62,249 nucleotides of DNA from Azolla caroliniana (Eukaryota; Plantae; Polypodiophyta). Numbering within the stretch: the first letter of the stretch is position 1; the number at the start of each line of letters is the position of its first letter. The stretch covers positions 1 to 62,249 of the forward strand of contig JBHGNT010000166.1 in the NCBI GenBank assembly GCA_043228905.1, written 5' to 3'. Positions 36,801 to 50,000 of the stretch are shown here, in pieces. A program made the translations under genes and the position numbers. Under the pieces are notes generated by a model, which was given only the letters and a program-made list of their open reading frames with translations, had not been told where the DNA came from and did not search any database.

Positions 36801-38386
36801 CCGGTCTCGAGCCAGTCTCGGGTCTCTTCCCTTCGCGCTGGTGGGGGTACCTCGACCTTCCTTGTCGCAACAGAACCCGCCCCAGTCAAGCCTTTATCGA
36901 CCCACTCACGCCGTTTGTCAAAACGGCTGCAGACTCTCTTTACCACGACCCAGTCGGTTGTTAGGCCGTCATCGATCTCCAACAGGAAGCCCACTTGCTC
37001 CCGGTTCCTTGCGTCCACCGATTTAATGAACAATAGGACACGACTCGTGTTCAGCACGGTCCGGTCCAGCGCCGAAAGTCGTGCGAAGCGTTCTTCAAAC
37101 TCCCGAAGGAGCACTGACACGTTTCTCCCCTTTTCGGGGGTTTCCACCCATTCCATGAAGTCTCACTTTGACAACCGAAGCGCGTTGTCAAGCCCATATT
37201 TTTCAAGGAGCCGACCTTCATACTCTTCCCAGGTTCGAATCTCAGCCCGTACCTCAAGCACCTCCGCGTGGATGCCCGACATCGCTACCCGAGAGAATCC
37301 GGCCAGTCGCCTGTCCTCTGGGATGTCCCTCATCACCATTTTGGCTCAGTAGGCATCCAAATAGCTCATGGCGTCTTTCCCCCCGAACCGGCCTATCGTG
37401 CCAACGACCGCTTCAATAGCCCTATCGAGGGCGCCTGTGCCTTCGCGCGCACTCTCTATCCGATCCACAACTGAAGCCATGACTTCTGCAAGATCCAACC
37501 CTCTCATCTTTCTATTCCTCTGCCACCTCTTCACGTCAGGTTCACCAAATATGTCGCGTTGCTACGTGCGTGCGTGGAGAATGAGGCGGGACCACGGGGG
37601 CCTCGGACCGAGGAATAGCCAAATGAGGGGAGGGGAAGGAACTTGACTATGTAATTCTCATGCGCTCAAACCCACAGATTCACAGGATTTGCAACCAACT
37701 ACAGAACGCGAGATGGAGACAGAATGAATGCTTATGTATATATAAATCAAGGTGTTACAATCGGCAAGCCGACGAATGATAGGCTCTGACGCCTGCACAC
37801 ACACACCCACACACACGCACAGACACAGAACGCGAGATGGAGACTCTATCGGTAGCACTCGGGCGTCCTGCGGAGCAGAGTTAGCCTCCCAAAACCTGCA
37901 CAGAACAATTAAATGGGTGACGGAGGAGAGGAGAAGGGCTCAGTCCCAGTCTAGCAGCACTTCGTCCTCTACTAAACGCGATATATTTTTCAATACCTCT
38001 CCCTCTCTTTTATAGCCCAAGGAGGGAGGTCGTTACCACCCGTTACATCATGTTTATTCCCACTCCTTTCGGACAGGGATACGCATCGATTTTCTCCCTA
38101 CTGAATGCGTGCTACTTAGGATTTCACCTCAGCCGACTTGTACCCTATCCACGTACTATACAACAAAACTTGTGCCCACATGTAAGGGCCGGTTTACGCA
38201 CGTTATACGCGGTTTCCGCCTAGGGACGGTTTTCTCCACGACAACGTTGATCGAGGCTTGAGTCCGTCTCGATCCCTTCGCTCAGGGGTGGTCGGGTGGA
38301 TCGGCACCCTTCTTTCTCTCTCTCCTTTCTTATTTTATATCTATTATATCCTTATCATATGCTTACTTTAGATCATGCCTCTAACA
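30892..38386 (+). repeat. ~415-bp LTR (30892-31167 plus 38244-38386) split by element EC and followed by a TGGTATC PBS-like sequence
   Basis: Terminal inverted repeats TGTTACAGGCATGACC and GATCATGCCTCTAACA (14/16); CTATAAAT at ~31029; TGGTATC at 38389. Confidence 0.6.
31168..38243 (-). mobile_element. Full-length but degenerate Phygy-like gypsy element EC (family C)
   Basis: LTRs 37552-38243 and 31168-31861, visibly diverged; tRNA-Trp PBS 37530-37547; gag (CLWCDAVGHARKDC), PR (LLDHGSEINLM), RT (PFLDD), RNase H, integrase; PPT GGTGGGGGCGGA; flanks ACAC and ACGT. Confidence 0.92.
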
Positions 38387-39259
38387 ATTGGTATCCAAGA
38401 CATGTTTCTAATGTTTCTTTTGTTGGTTGTTTTTTTGTCTTGTTGGATGACGATCGATCGATGTATAGTTAATATGTGTTTTCTTCTTCTTCTGTTCTTT
38501 CTTATTTTTTTCTATTCTTTCTTCTCCCAATCTAATCATGTATAGTCAATATGTGTTTTCTTTTATTGATTCAATAATGTTGTAGTGGTAATTAATTGGT
38601 TGTATAAAACATTTACATATGTGTATGAGGTCAAACCTCATTTGACATATATTTGATATGTGATTCGTGTCGTATACGTACAAGGTTAATACCTCAATTG
38701 CCTATTACATTCACATACATATGTTACGTATGCGTATGAGGGGAATACCTGGATTTCTATGTAAATGATATGTGATTGGTGCCATATGCATAAGAGGTCA
38801 ATACCTCAATTGTGTATTACGTTATATTTTGGATGTTTCATGTGCGTTGAGGCTATATGCCTCGATTACGTTTCTCGATTTCATCATTTGTTGGCTATTT
38901 TATGTTACGATTTTTTTAATATACGCATGTGTGGTCACGTGTATACGTATTTGAACGTATACATGTGATAAACATATATATGTGTATATTAGTTATTACG
39001 TGATTTTGTATATCGAACATTGTCCTTTTCGGGGAAAGGATCTTGGTGGCCATCGTCACATTTTTGTGAGAATGGCGTAGTCACCATCCTTTTTTCAACA
39101 ATTTTTTTGTTGTCATCCCTGTTGGTCACTTTGATTTTGCTACACGTTATAACGAAACGATCATAGCCACAATGATGTTCAGAGCATAGGGCTTGACCCA
39201 CTTCATGTGAGGTCGCTCCTATGACACATGTATCGAACATCCCTCCCTCGTTACATGGA

Positions 39260-39411
39260 TGTCAAGAGCAATACTAAGACAGAGAAGTACTATCAGGAAC
39301 AATACTAAGACAGAGAAGGAATTAGTACTAAAAGATGAGGATTAGTACTAAGGGAGGTGTAGAACTCTCGAGAGAAGGAAAGAGTGAGTGAGAGAAAAGA
39401 AATATATATTA
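39260..39411 (-). repeat. Tcn1-like LTR 3' fragment
   Basis: The reverse complement matches 54860-54972 (GTTCTACACCTC...TAGTACTAATTCCTTC...TGACA). Confidence 0.7.
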
Positions 39412-42400
39412 ACGTTGTCGTGCCTTTCGGCTCCGGATCGTTGCGTGAGTCGGGTGGGAACCATTGAGGTTTTGGACTAGGAGAAAGAAGAATACAATAT
39501 AAGGCTAGTTATGAATAGGTAGAAAAAGAAGTAAGAAATAAAACTTGTGAATCCCACGTTTTTAGTGTATTTTAATCAATATTTAGATTGTAAGAAAGAG
39601 AATTTTGATAATAAACTCATGAATCCCACGAATATATTAGATTGATCAATCCTTGTAAAATAATCAACAACATCATACATCTTTCTCTCCTCCATATATA
39701 AGGATGGAAGAGGCTAAGCATAGCTTCATGCTTTTTCTAAAGTGTTCATGCACACTAAATGTGCTTGAGTTGCCTTTTACACTATGCTTTTATTTCCTAA
39801 ATATAGTGCTCATGCTCGCTAGATGTGCATGAGTAATTTTTTATTGGTGTACATTTTTCTTACAAATAAAGTATTCATGCATTCTAAAAATGCATGACTT
39901 GCCTTTTAATAAAGGTAGGCATAAATAAAGGTCTTATACGTATTAAATATATATTTAGAACACTTAGGATAAGTTAGTACAATGGTAAGGTTGGGGTTTG
40001 TCTATATGGAGGTATAGGGTTCAAATCTTGCCCTATGCATGTAACAATCTTTTCTTCAATTTATAAATTTGTCTCTTCATCCGGTGAGAGACTCTCACCG
40101 GCCTTCTTTATCCGACTCTTGTCGATTCTGCTTGATTTGGTTCTTACCGGGTCTTCCTTCATCCGGTTCTCACTGGTTCTCCTTACCGGTTCTTCCTTGT
40201 CCCATATGTGCCGAAGTTCCCGATGCTCATTATTCGCCTTCATCCGTATCACTCTCCGATTCTCCCCTTATGTCGACTATGAGTTGAAGTCCACTTTCTT
40301 CACTTCCCACATCACCGCGATCTTTGTCCAGTTGCTCCTCGTTGTCGGTCTTGTCTAGGGTTACATAGGGTTCTTTGTCAGTCTGGTTCTTGAAAATCTT
40401 CACCCGTTTCCCCGCTATAGGCACCCGTAGTATTGTTCCATCCAACTCGCATAGTCGGTAAGTTCCGTTGTCGAAAACTTTCCGAACCTCGTATGGCCCG
40501 AACCACCTTTTCGTGAACTTCCGTATCGTTGTATGTTGATGATCTAGACTACTGTCATAGATAATCACCCAATCTCCTTCTTCAATCTTCCGCGGTCGTA
40601 GTCGATGCTTTGTGTCGAATCAGCTTTTGTCCGGAATCGCACTTCCCGTTGTCGGCGTGTTGCTTCCGCTATGTCTTGCGGTCTTCCCTCCAGTTGTTGT
40701 ATACGGACCGCGAGTAGTTCTTCCCGACTCATCTCTTCCTTCCACAACAACACTATCCATGTCGCAATTGCGGTTTCCGTCGGCATTACCGGTGCTTGTC
40801 CGGTCATGAGTTCGGCCAGCATAAAACTAGTCACGGAGCTATGCATCATCCGATCCACCCATAGGCATATGGGAGCATCTGCGGCCAATCCTTCACCCTT
40901 CCGTCGCATGCTTTGGCAAGTGCTTTGACGATCGGACTATGTCCTTGTTCGATTTTCTTGTTGGCCTCCGGATTGTATGCCGTTGTTAGTGTTAACCGAA
41001 CTCCATGTTTGGTGAAGAATTCCCTAGCCTTATCAGAGTCGAGTTCTCTCCAATCCACAATCACTTGTCCTACGCACCAGTACCTGCAAAACACCTCCTC
41101 CAAAAGAAATTGGCATACTGCAGAACACGTTTTCCTTCGTAGCGCTCAACCTTCTACTTGGTTTGTGAGATCTTCCCGAGCTAACACCAAGTACTTCTTT
41201 TGTCCGATCCCAGTTGGCATGGCTACAATGTCGACCATCCATTTGAAGTTGATTGTCGGTGAGAATGTCGGATGTAACTCATCTCGGTGTCGAACTCCGG
41301 AGCAGATTTGACACTTCTCACAGCTTTCCATGAACTCCGTTATATCTTTGCACATATTCTTCCACCAATATTTTTGTTTGATTTTCACAAAAGTTGCCCA
41401 TGTTCCTCGATGTCCAGCCCAATCGGATTCGTGAAACTCAGACATTATCCGGTTTTGTTGCTCTTTCGTCCCGACTACCCGAAGTGGTATGCCATCCGGT
41501 CTTTTCGGCTCCCTCCATATTAATCCATTTTTCAAGAAGAACTTTTGGACTTGCCTCTTCTTCCTTCGGATCTCAGCTCTCTTCTCTTTATCGTCCGATG
41601 ATTCCTCAATCTCTTGTAGCACCTTCCCGATTATCAAGATTTCTCCCTCGTATTCTTCTTCTCGGAATTCTCGGATTACGTTTACTCGGCATATGTGCTC
41701 CGAAGCAAAGTAGTCTTTAGAAACTTCTTCATTATCGGATTTGGCTATGTCGTCTTCGAACCGAGCCCTTGATAGCATATCTACTACCGCGTTGTCTTTT
41801 CCGGATATGTGTCATACGTCCGGGTTAAGCGACTTAACATATGCAATCCATCTTAGCATAGCCACATCCGGTATCGTGCAACACCGCATCATCCTTAGTA
41901 TCGGAAGACAATCCGTTTCGATCACTACTTCGGCTCCGATAAAATAATCTCAATCCGATTTGATTGCCAACACGACTCCCCATAATTCTCTTTTGCTTGT
42001 GCATAACCACGTTGCCTTTCGTTGAGAACCTTTGCTCCAAATCGGATTGGATATCGCGAACCATCTGAGTCGACTTGATTGATGACCCATCCGATTCCGG
42101 TTGGACTTGTATCATCCGTTACTATGATCAGTCGCTCATAGCTCGGCTTCTTAAGTGCTTCAGCCCTCCGTAGTGTTTTCTTGAGCTTCTTCATGGCTTT
42201 GGTGTGTTCCGGTTTCCATTCGAACTTCTTCCCCTTCCGCAATAAGTGATAGAGTGGGTCCCCAATATGTGCATAGTGCGGAATCCATATGTGATAAAAT
42301 GCACAAGCTCCAAGAAACCTTCGGACTTCGGATCGATCTTGGTTGGTGACGGTCCTCAGCCGTAGGGCCCACATAGATGTCCGACTACCAATATCTCTTC

Positions 42401-45400
42401 TTGCCCGAATGCCGATTTCTCCCCGGAAAGTGTTAGGTGCACATCTTCTAACTTTCGAAGCACTTTCTCGCAATCATGAATATGGTCGACTACGAACTTT
42501 CAGCATTCCCGAACATCCACAGTTTCATCTTTTTCTTCTACCGCACCTCCTTTCATCTGAATGTCATCTAGGAACGACATCGTTATCTCTGGAATGCAAT
42601 CTTGAAGCACCTTGTTCATCGCGTTCATCATATGTGCAACCGAGTTTGTCGCTCGTTGTGGTAGTGTGCACATTCAGACTAATCCTATCGGTGTTCGCAT
42701 GGTAGTGATTTCTCGGCTTTCCACGACTAGTTGGAATTGGTCAGACCCCGAGTATAGGTCTCCGATGGAGTATATTGCACGACTGGCAAATGCTTCCGCA
42801 AATTTGTCCACTATCGGACCGACTTCGGAGTTCCGGATCGTGACCTTGTTCACCGGTTGCAAGTCTTGGATAAATCGGAGTGACCCATTCTTCTTTGGAA
42901 CCGTAAACCATCGATTTGAGTACGGAGCGTTTGATGGCTCTAGAATCCCCATTGCTACCTTCTCCTTGAGCAAGTCGATGACTTTCAGAATATGCGCCCG
43001 TGGCACTGGAATCGGTTTCAGGTTCCACGGCACATGGTCAATTGTGAAGATCACCATCGGCTCCACTATCTTCGGATCAACGCACCCTATCTCCTTCGAT
43101 GTGAATGCAAATGCTTTCCCATGTTGTTCCAACATCCCACGGAATCGTTCTTCTTCATTCTTTAAGAGGAATGCACCTCCACCGATCCAAAGTTTCTTCT
43201 AGGTCTCATCCGTGAAGGCATGTCTGATATACACGGACTTCTGAAGTGTCGGATCTCCCGAGACTTCTTTCCTCATTTCCTCGCTATCGGCGAGTAACGG
43301 TCCCGCGACCAGTTTCACTTTCTTCTCCACAGTCTTGTATTTCGTACTTACCATTGCTTCTTCTTTGCGGAGCGCATCCAGCCCCATTTTTGCAATGATC
43401 TCGTACATCTCCACCGATTCCACCGGGACTACCCGGTCTCCTTGGCTTTTATCCTCCACAAGATCTTCAAGCCGTTGTAGCGTGTTCCCATAGAACATTT
43501 CTTGGACTATCCCCACGATTTCTTCGTCTTCTTTTATTATTGATGCTGACCGCAACTTATCCTCTACTTTTCGGTATTCTTTCTTCTTTTCTCCGGTTAC
43601 GGCCATGTACATAGATGCCCCATCCGGACTGATTCGTACTTGTTTTGCTCCGAGAGTTTTCTTCCTGTGTGGGGTATCAGGGCTTCTCGGACTATCACTT
43701 CCCCACTTCGCAAAAGTCCGCCCTAAAAATCCATCCTTGTTTGGGACAAAAGCTCTCTCTTGTTCCTTTCATGATTTGACGACACAGTTAGGATTTGGAT
43801 GAATTTCCCTCCACTTTGGCTCCAAATTCGTGCAAAAGTCGCACCGCTATCGAGCACCTTGGTCTCCATCCGTGAAGCCATGATAAAGGGTTGCCCAAGG
43901 ATCACGGAATGTGAGACCTCGTCTTGTATGAAGAAATTCTAGTCGATCTCGACATCCCCGATCTTCACCGTCACATCCGGACAAGCTGCAAATAGATCTT
44001 CCGTTGCTTTAGTGGCTGCCCGAATCTTCCATCCATGGTTAGTGTTTATAGGCCACTTCCCCTTCCGGTAGAACTCCTTGGAAATCAAATTGATCTCTGA
44101 TCCGTGATCAATCAATGCTAGCACAGGCTCTTTGATGTTGCCGATTCGGACCAGAATCTTCGTAGTTGCATGTGCCAAGTGTGGCCTTGTGTAGTGGGAA
44201 TTTGGAATTTCGTCCCCCACTTCGGTGTCATTCATCAAAACCGTGTTCGCATTTACCCTTGGAGCGTTCTCCTTCGTACTTTGACTTTTTCTATTCACGA
44301 GATCCACAAGAAGATCATGGAACTCCTTCTTCGCTATTCTAAGTAATTCCCGAAGTGAAAATTCTACCCGGCTATCGAGGATTCTCTCCTCGAACACCTT
44401 TTTCAAATCCGTTTGTTGTTCAATGTCTGAGGTGAGCTTGAATGCCGGAATCGTCTTTTCTTTTCCCTTCCCTCCGGAGTTCCAGCTTTCCGGTGTCTTC
44501 GATGGTCCGTGCGCTGTCATTTCTTGTCTATATACACTTCATGCAATTGACATAAGGCGTACACGCTATTCTTATCGACGGGGCACTCCCATCTCGTAGC
44601 TTCACGGATGCCTTCCGCAGTGCTTCAGATCTCATTGGAGTCGGTTTGCTTAGGGTTTTCTAGCACATCCGACAAAATAGATGTTGTTGCTCGCGATGAC
44701 TCACCCACACTTATTCTCACGGTTGTCGCATAATTACCTTTCGCTGCTATTTCCTCCTCTAGGACCTTCTTCATGCCGCCTTTCCGGAAGTTCGGTCGGA
44801 GTGGATTTCGAGAGTCCATCGAATGAAGCCGATTTCCCTCGTAGTAGATAAGATCTCGTCGTAACGCCTCCTTGTGCTCGTCGCAATCCCTCCGATCATG
44901 TTCGGTGCTATCACACCATATACACCAACGGTCCATATACTTGGAACTTGTGGGACGGTGATCCGACTTCTTCACCATCGCGATTTTTAGATTCTCCATC
45001 TCCTTCAGCAACTGCTCCACTGTGGTTCCGTCGATTCCCTTCTCGGTCATAGTCTCCCGAGCCTGCGGTTGATGGTCTTCCAATCCGGATCTTGGTTTCG
45101 GAATCGGTTCCGAAACCCTCTTTTCTTCATTAGCAAGCCATTACCCCCTCTTCGTGTATCGTGCGACGATATCCCGCACGCTTTCCCATGTTTCGATGAG
45201 GCCACTCTCAGTGGTCGTGTCCTCCAAAAGCACTCCAAGATCTTTCCAGTCCCAGATGTCCACGGCTCGTAGGAACATGATCACTTTGTCGGTGTGAGGA
45301 TAGCTTGATCTCTCGCAGACAACCTCCAGAACCGACTTTCGAATGACAAAAACACATCGAGTGTCATGAGATGGCAAGACTCGAACCCATGACCTTATGG

Positions 45401-45870
45401 TATATGGGTCGAGCTCTTAACCATCTCACCATCTATTGTAATTCATAGAATATTATTTTCATTTATGTTTTATTATAAGAAAGTAATGTATATTCCAGAT
45501 TTCTCTGGAACATTCTAGAAGCTTCAGGATTATTCCTGAGAACACTATAAAAGAAGGCACTAAGCATTATGTTGAACCAAATTGGTTCAACACCAGTCTT
45601 AAGCCTCTTAGTCGATTTGTACTTATCTTTCATATAATATAAGAGCTGCTGTCATCATCCTATTTCTCTCTCTCTCTCCTCTTCTCACTTCCTCTCTCTC
45701 TCGGGAATCTTACGCAGTCCCGTCCTCTTAGTACTAATAGTACTAATAGTACTACTCTTCTTAGTACTAATTCCATCTCTGTTTTAGTACTATTCCTGAC
45801 AGTTTGAACCAATTTTTTCCTCTAGCCTACTTGTCACTCTCCCTCATCTTCCTACCCTTTCCCCTATACT

Positions 45871-47028
45871 ATGGCTACTGTTAGCGCCCAAGAATACCAA
45901 TCCGTTTTCTCCGAGCTACAGTGCCTAAAAGAAAAGTTTGTTGCCTTGGAACAAGAAAACCAACGGCTGATAGGGGATCTACAACAAATCGCTCTAGAAA
46001 AACAACAAACGCAACAACAACATGGGGAGTTAGCGTTACGGGTACAACAACTCGAAGCAGCGTTGCAACAACAAGGATCCAGTCCCCAAGGATTTCATAA
46101 AGAGCCCAAGATTGGACTTCCTGTGAAATTTGATGGAACGCGTTCGCAATTTCGGGGATTCCTTAATCAGGTACGCTTAGTCATCCAGATGCATCCTTCC
46201 CGATATCCCATTGATGCATCTCGAGTCGGCCTAATAGGCACGCTACTTAGCGGCTCAGCCTTGGCATGGTTCGCTCCGCTTCTAGAAAAACAATCGCCCT
46301 TGCTTAATAACTTTGAAGATTTTATTGGTGAGTTTAAAGCCTGCTTTGGAGACACCGATAGCATCAGGACGGCGATCAACAAGATCCGGCGATTGCGTCA
46401 AGGCGATCGTCCAGCCTCTGCCTACGCGGCGGATTTCCGCCTACTTGCTTCAGATATACCCTGGGATGATCAAGCACTAATGGAGCAGTTTCGCTATGGC
46501 TTGCGAAACGATGTCAAAGATCTACTTCTAACTTTCCCCGAAGAACCAAAGTCTCTTACGGAGGCAATCAGTCGAGCAGTTCGATGTGACAACCGCCTTT
46601 TTGAACGGCGTTCAGAACATCAATTACAGATACCACGCTCTAGGCCAGAGCCCACTTACGCCGCAGTCGCGGCTAAACCGTTTGCACGAGACATACCTCA
46701 AGCAAATACTTCGACACCGATGGAGATCGATACCATGCGTCGACGCGGCCCGTTATCGGAAGAAGAAAAGCAACGACGACGTGCCAATCGATTATGCCTT
46801 TATTGCGGTGGACCAGGACATATCGCCATCAATTGTCCCCATAGGCCAAGAAGACAGGTAAATCAAATTGTCGCCTGTACTAAACCTGAGTCAATTCTTC
46901 CCTTCGGAGTGTCTGATAGTAGTAATAGTACTAATAGAGTGTCAGATAGTATTCATAGTACTAATAGCCCAAGTATCTCAAATAAATTTGAAATCCTTAG
47001 TCAATTAGATGAAGAGTTAAACGATTGA
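45871..47028 (+). CDS. gag: Gag (coiled coil, capsid, CCHC zinc knuckle)
   Basis: 385 aa; PVKFDGTRSQFRGFL, LRQG...AYAADF, PMEID, CLYCGGPGHIAINC. Confidence 0.95.
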   Translation: MATVSAQEYQSVFSELQCLKEKFVALEQENQRLIGDLQQIALEKQQTQQQHGELALRVQQLEAALQQQGSSPQGFHKEPKIGLPVKFDGTRSQFRGFLNQVRLVIQMHPSRYPIDASRVGLIGTLLSGSALAWFAPLLEKQSPLLNNFEDFIGEFKACFGDTDSIRTAINKIRRLRQGDRPASAYAADFRLLASDIPWDDQALMEQFRYGLRNDVKDLLLTFPEEPKSLTEAISRAVRCDNRLFERRSEHQLQIPRSRPEPTYAAVAAKPFARDIPQANTSTPMEIDTMRRRGPLSEEEKQRRRANRLCLYCGGPGHIAINCPHRPRRQVNQIVACTKPESILPFGVSDSSNSTNRVSDSIHSTNSPSISNKFEILSQLDEELND

Positions 47029-50000
47029 GTCCAGCCAAAATAGGAGCCATTTGGTTGGACAGCAGCCCTAGATCTGTACAGCCCATTAGTGGTTCCATTC
47101 CTTCCAAGCAAGTTAGCAATGTGTTCCTAGCCCAAGTCATTGTTAGTACTAAAAGTACTCCCCCAGTACCCGTCCTAGCACTTTTAGATTCCGGAGCTAA
47201 TTCCTGTTTCATGGATCGAAATTTTGCCCAAGCTTCTCAGATATCCTTAAGAAAACTTCCTTGTCCCGCATCTGTAGTGGTCATTGATGGTCGTCCCATT
47301 GCTTCCGGGAATATTGTAGAAGAATCAGAACCCATTCAAGTTGTCCTAGGTAGTTTTGTGTGTATAATATCATTTAATATAATTAGTAGTCCAGAGCATC
47401 CCATTGTCCTAGGATTACCTTGGCTTGAGTTACATAATCCAGCCATAGATTGGAGAACAAGAGAAGTCCGATATCGACCACCCCAAGAATCAACTCGCCG
47501 AGTTTCGACCATTTCACTCCATCAACTACGCGAAGAAGGACCCAAGGAGGCAATGTTCCTATTTTCCATATCAGTACATCCTTCCAGCACTATTAAGAAG
47601 GACTCCTCAGTACAACTTCCGGCAAAATATCATCCTTATGCCGATGTATTTGACAAGGTAAAAGCCGGTACCCTTCCTCATCACCGTCCCTATGACTGTC
47701 CCATCGATTTACAACCAGGAACCGAGCCACCATGGGGACCAATTTACAACCTGTCACCCATCGAGTTAGAAGTCCTTCGAGCCTACATAGAGGAGAACTT
47801 GGCAAGCAGGTTCATCCGTCATTCGAAATCTCCGGCCGGTGCACCCATCTTCTTTGTCAAGAAGAAAGATGGCTCACTTCGTCTTGTCGTTGATTACCGC
47901 GGATTAAATAAAGTCACCATCCGGAATAGGTATGCACTTCCTCTTATATCAAGTCTTTTAGAGCGAGTTAATGGTGCCAAGTTTTTTACTAAAATCGACC
48001 TACGCGGAGCGTATAATCTCGTGCGGATCCGACCGGGAGATGAGTGGAAGACCGCTTTTCGCACGCGGTATGGGCATTTTGAGTATACTGTTATGCCGTT
48101 TGGCCTAACCAATGCACCCGCAGTCTTCCAACACATGGCAAATGATATATTCAGAGACCTCTTGGATATCTGTTTGATCATTTATCTGGATGATCTGTTG
48201 ATTTATTCGAAGACCCAGGAAGAGCACGACTCTCATGTACTATTAGTACTAAAGCGACTCCGCGAGAATGGTCTTTATGCCAAGCTAGAAAAATGTAGCT
48301 TTGACTGCAAGCAAGTGGAATTTCTAGGCTACGTCATCTCCTCAAAGGGCATCGCCATGGATCCAGCTAAGATCCAAACTATACTAGAGTGGCAAATTCC
48401 ACGGTCGGTACGAGATGTACAATGTTTTCTAGGTTTTGCTAACTTCTACCGTAAGTTTATACAGGATTACTCGAAGATTATTTTACCTCTCACACAACTT
48501 ACGAAGAAGGGCCAAGCATTTCTTTGGTCCATTGAAGCAGATATGGCTTTTCGGCATCTTAAGAAAGCCTTTACATCAGCACCGATTCTAGCTCATGTGG
48601 ATACAAGCAAACCATTCATCATGGAGGCCGACGCATCAGATTTTGCCCTCGGTAGCATCCTTTCTCAACAAGGTGATAAAGAAGAGTTGCATCCGGTGGC
48701 TTTCCATTCGCGCAAATTCGATGTCGCAGAAATCAACTACGAAATACATGACAAGGAGTTATTAGCCATCGTGGATTCATTTGTACAATGGCGGCATTTC
48801 TTAGAGGGCTCTCCACATCAGGTCATTGTCTTCAGCGATCATAAAAATCTTGCTTATTTTCAGAACGCTCGCGTACTAAATCGACGGCAAGCTCGGTGGG
48901 CACAATTCCTCACGCGTTTCGACTTCAAAATCACATATCGACCGGGGAAGCAGCAAGGAAAAGCAGATGCACTATCACGACGTTCATATCTTGCACCTCG
49001 TCCTGGTGAAGCAACATTTGATAATCAAAAGCAAGTAATCTTGGGACCAACACGATTGCACACGACGCGGATTTTTCACACCCCGATGGATTCACGGATT
49101 ACCGATGACATACGTGCAACCTTGAAGACGGATAGTTTTGCTCAAGACATCCTGGCGCACATTGATACTTCTCGGGCATCCTGTTCTCAGTCTCAACAAC
49201 CAGGTATTGACTACCGACAATTCGAATATCATGATGGTTTGTTATTCTTTAAAAAGCGCGTATATGTCCCCGATTGCTCCTGTCGCCTTCAAATTGTCCA
49301 ACATTGTCACGACACCCATACGGCGGGACATTTCGGTAGTACTAAGACGTTGGAGCTAGTGCAGCGATCTTTTTGGTGGCCCCACATGCGCCGTTTTGTC
49401 GACGACTACGTTTGGACCTGTGATGCTTGCTGCCGAGCAAAGATGCCACGACACCATCCATATGGCTTGTTGGAACCTTTACCAATTCCAAGTAAGCCAT
49501 GGCAGTCTATTTGTCTTGATTTTATCACAGATCTGCCGGTCTCGAAAGGGTTCGATGCTATCCTAACCGTCGTCGATCGATATACGAAGATGGCACATTT
49601 TGTGCCATGTACTAAAGCCATCACTAGCGAGGAAACCGCCGCTCTTGTTATGTGTGAGGTTTTTCGGCATCATGGCCTCCCAGACAGTATTATCAGTGAC
49701 CGAGGCCCGCAATTTGTCTCCAAATTTTGGCAGCATCTCTTCAAGATGCTCAAGGTCTCCTGCAACCTCTCCTCCGGCTACCATCCTCAAACCGACGGAC
49801 AGGCGGAACGAACAAACCAAACGCTGGAGCAATATCTCCGGTGTTTCCTGAGTTATCAACAGGACGATTGGGCCGAGATTCTCCACTTTGCGGAGTTTGC
49901 GTATAATAATGCTATTCACTCCTCGACTCGGGTCTCCCCATTTTTCGCTTATACCGGTTTCCATCCTCGCTGGTCGGTGATCGACACTCCGGAGCTACCT

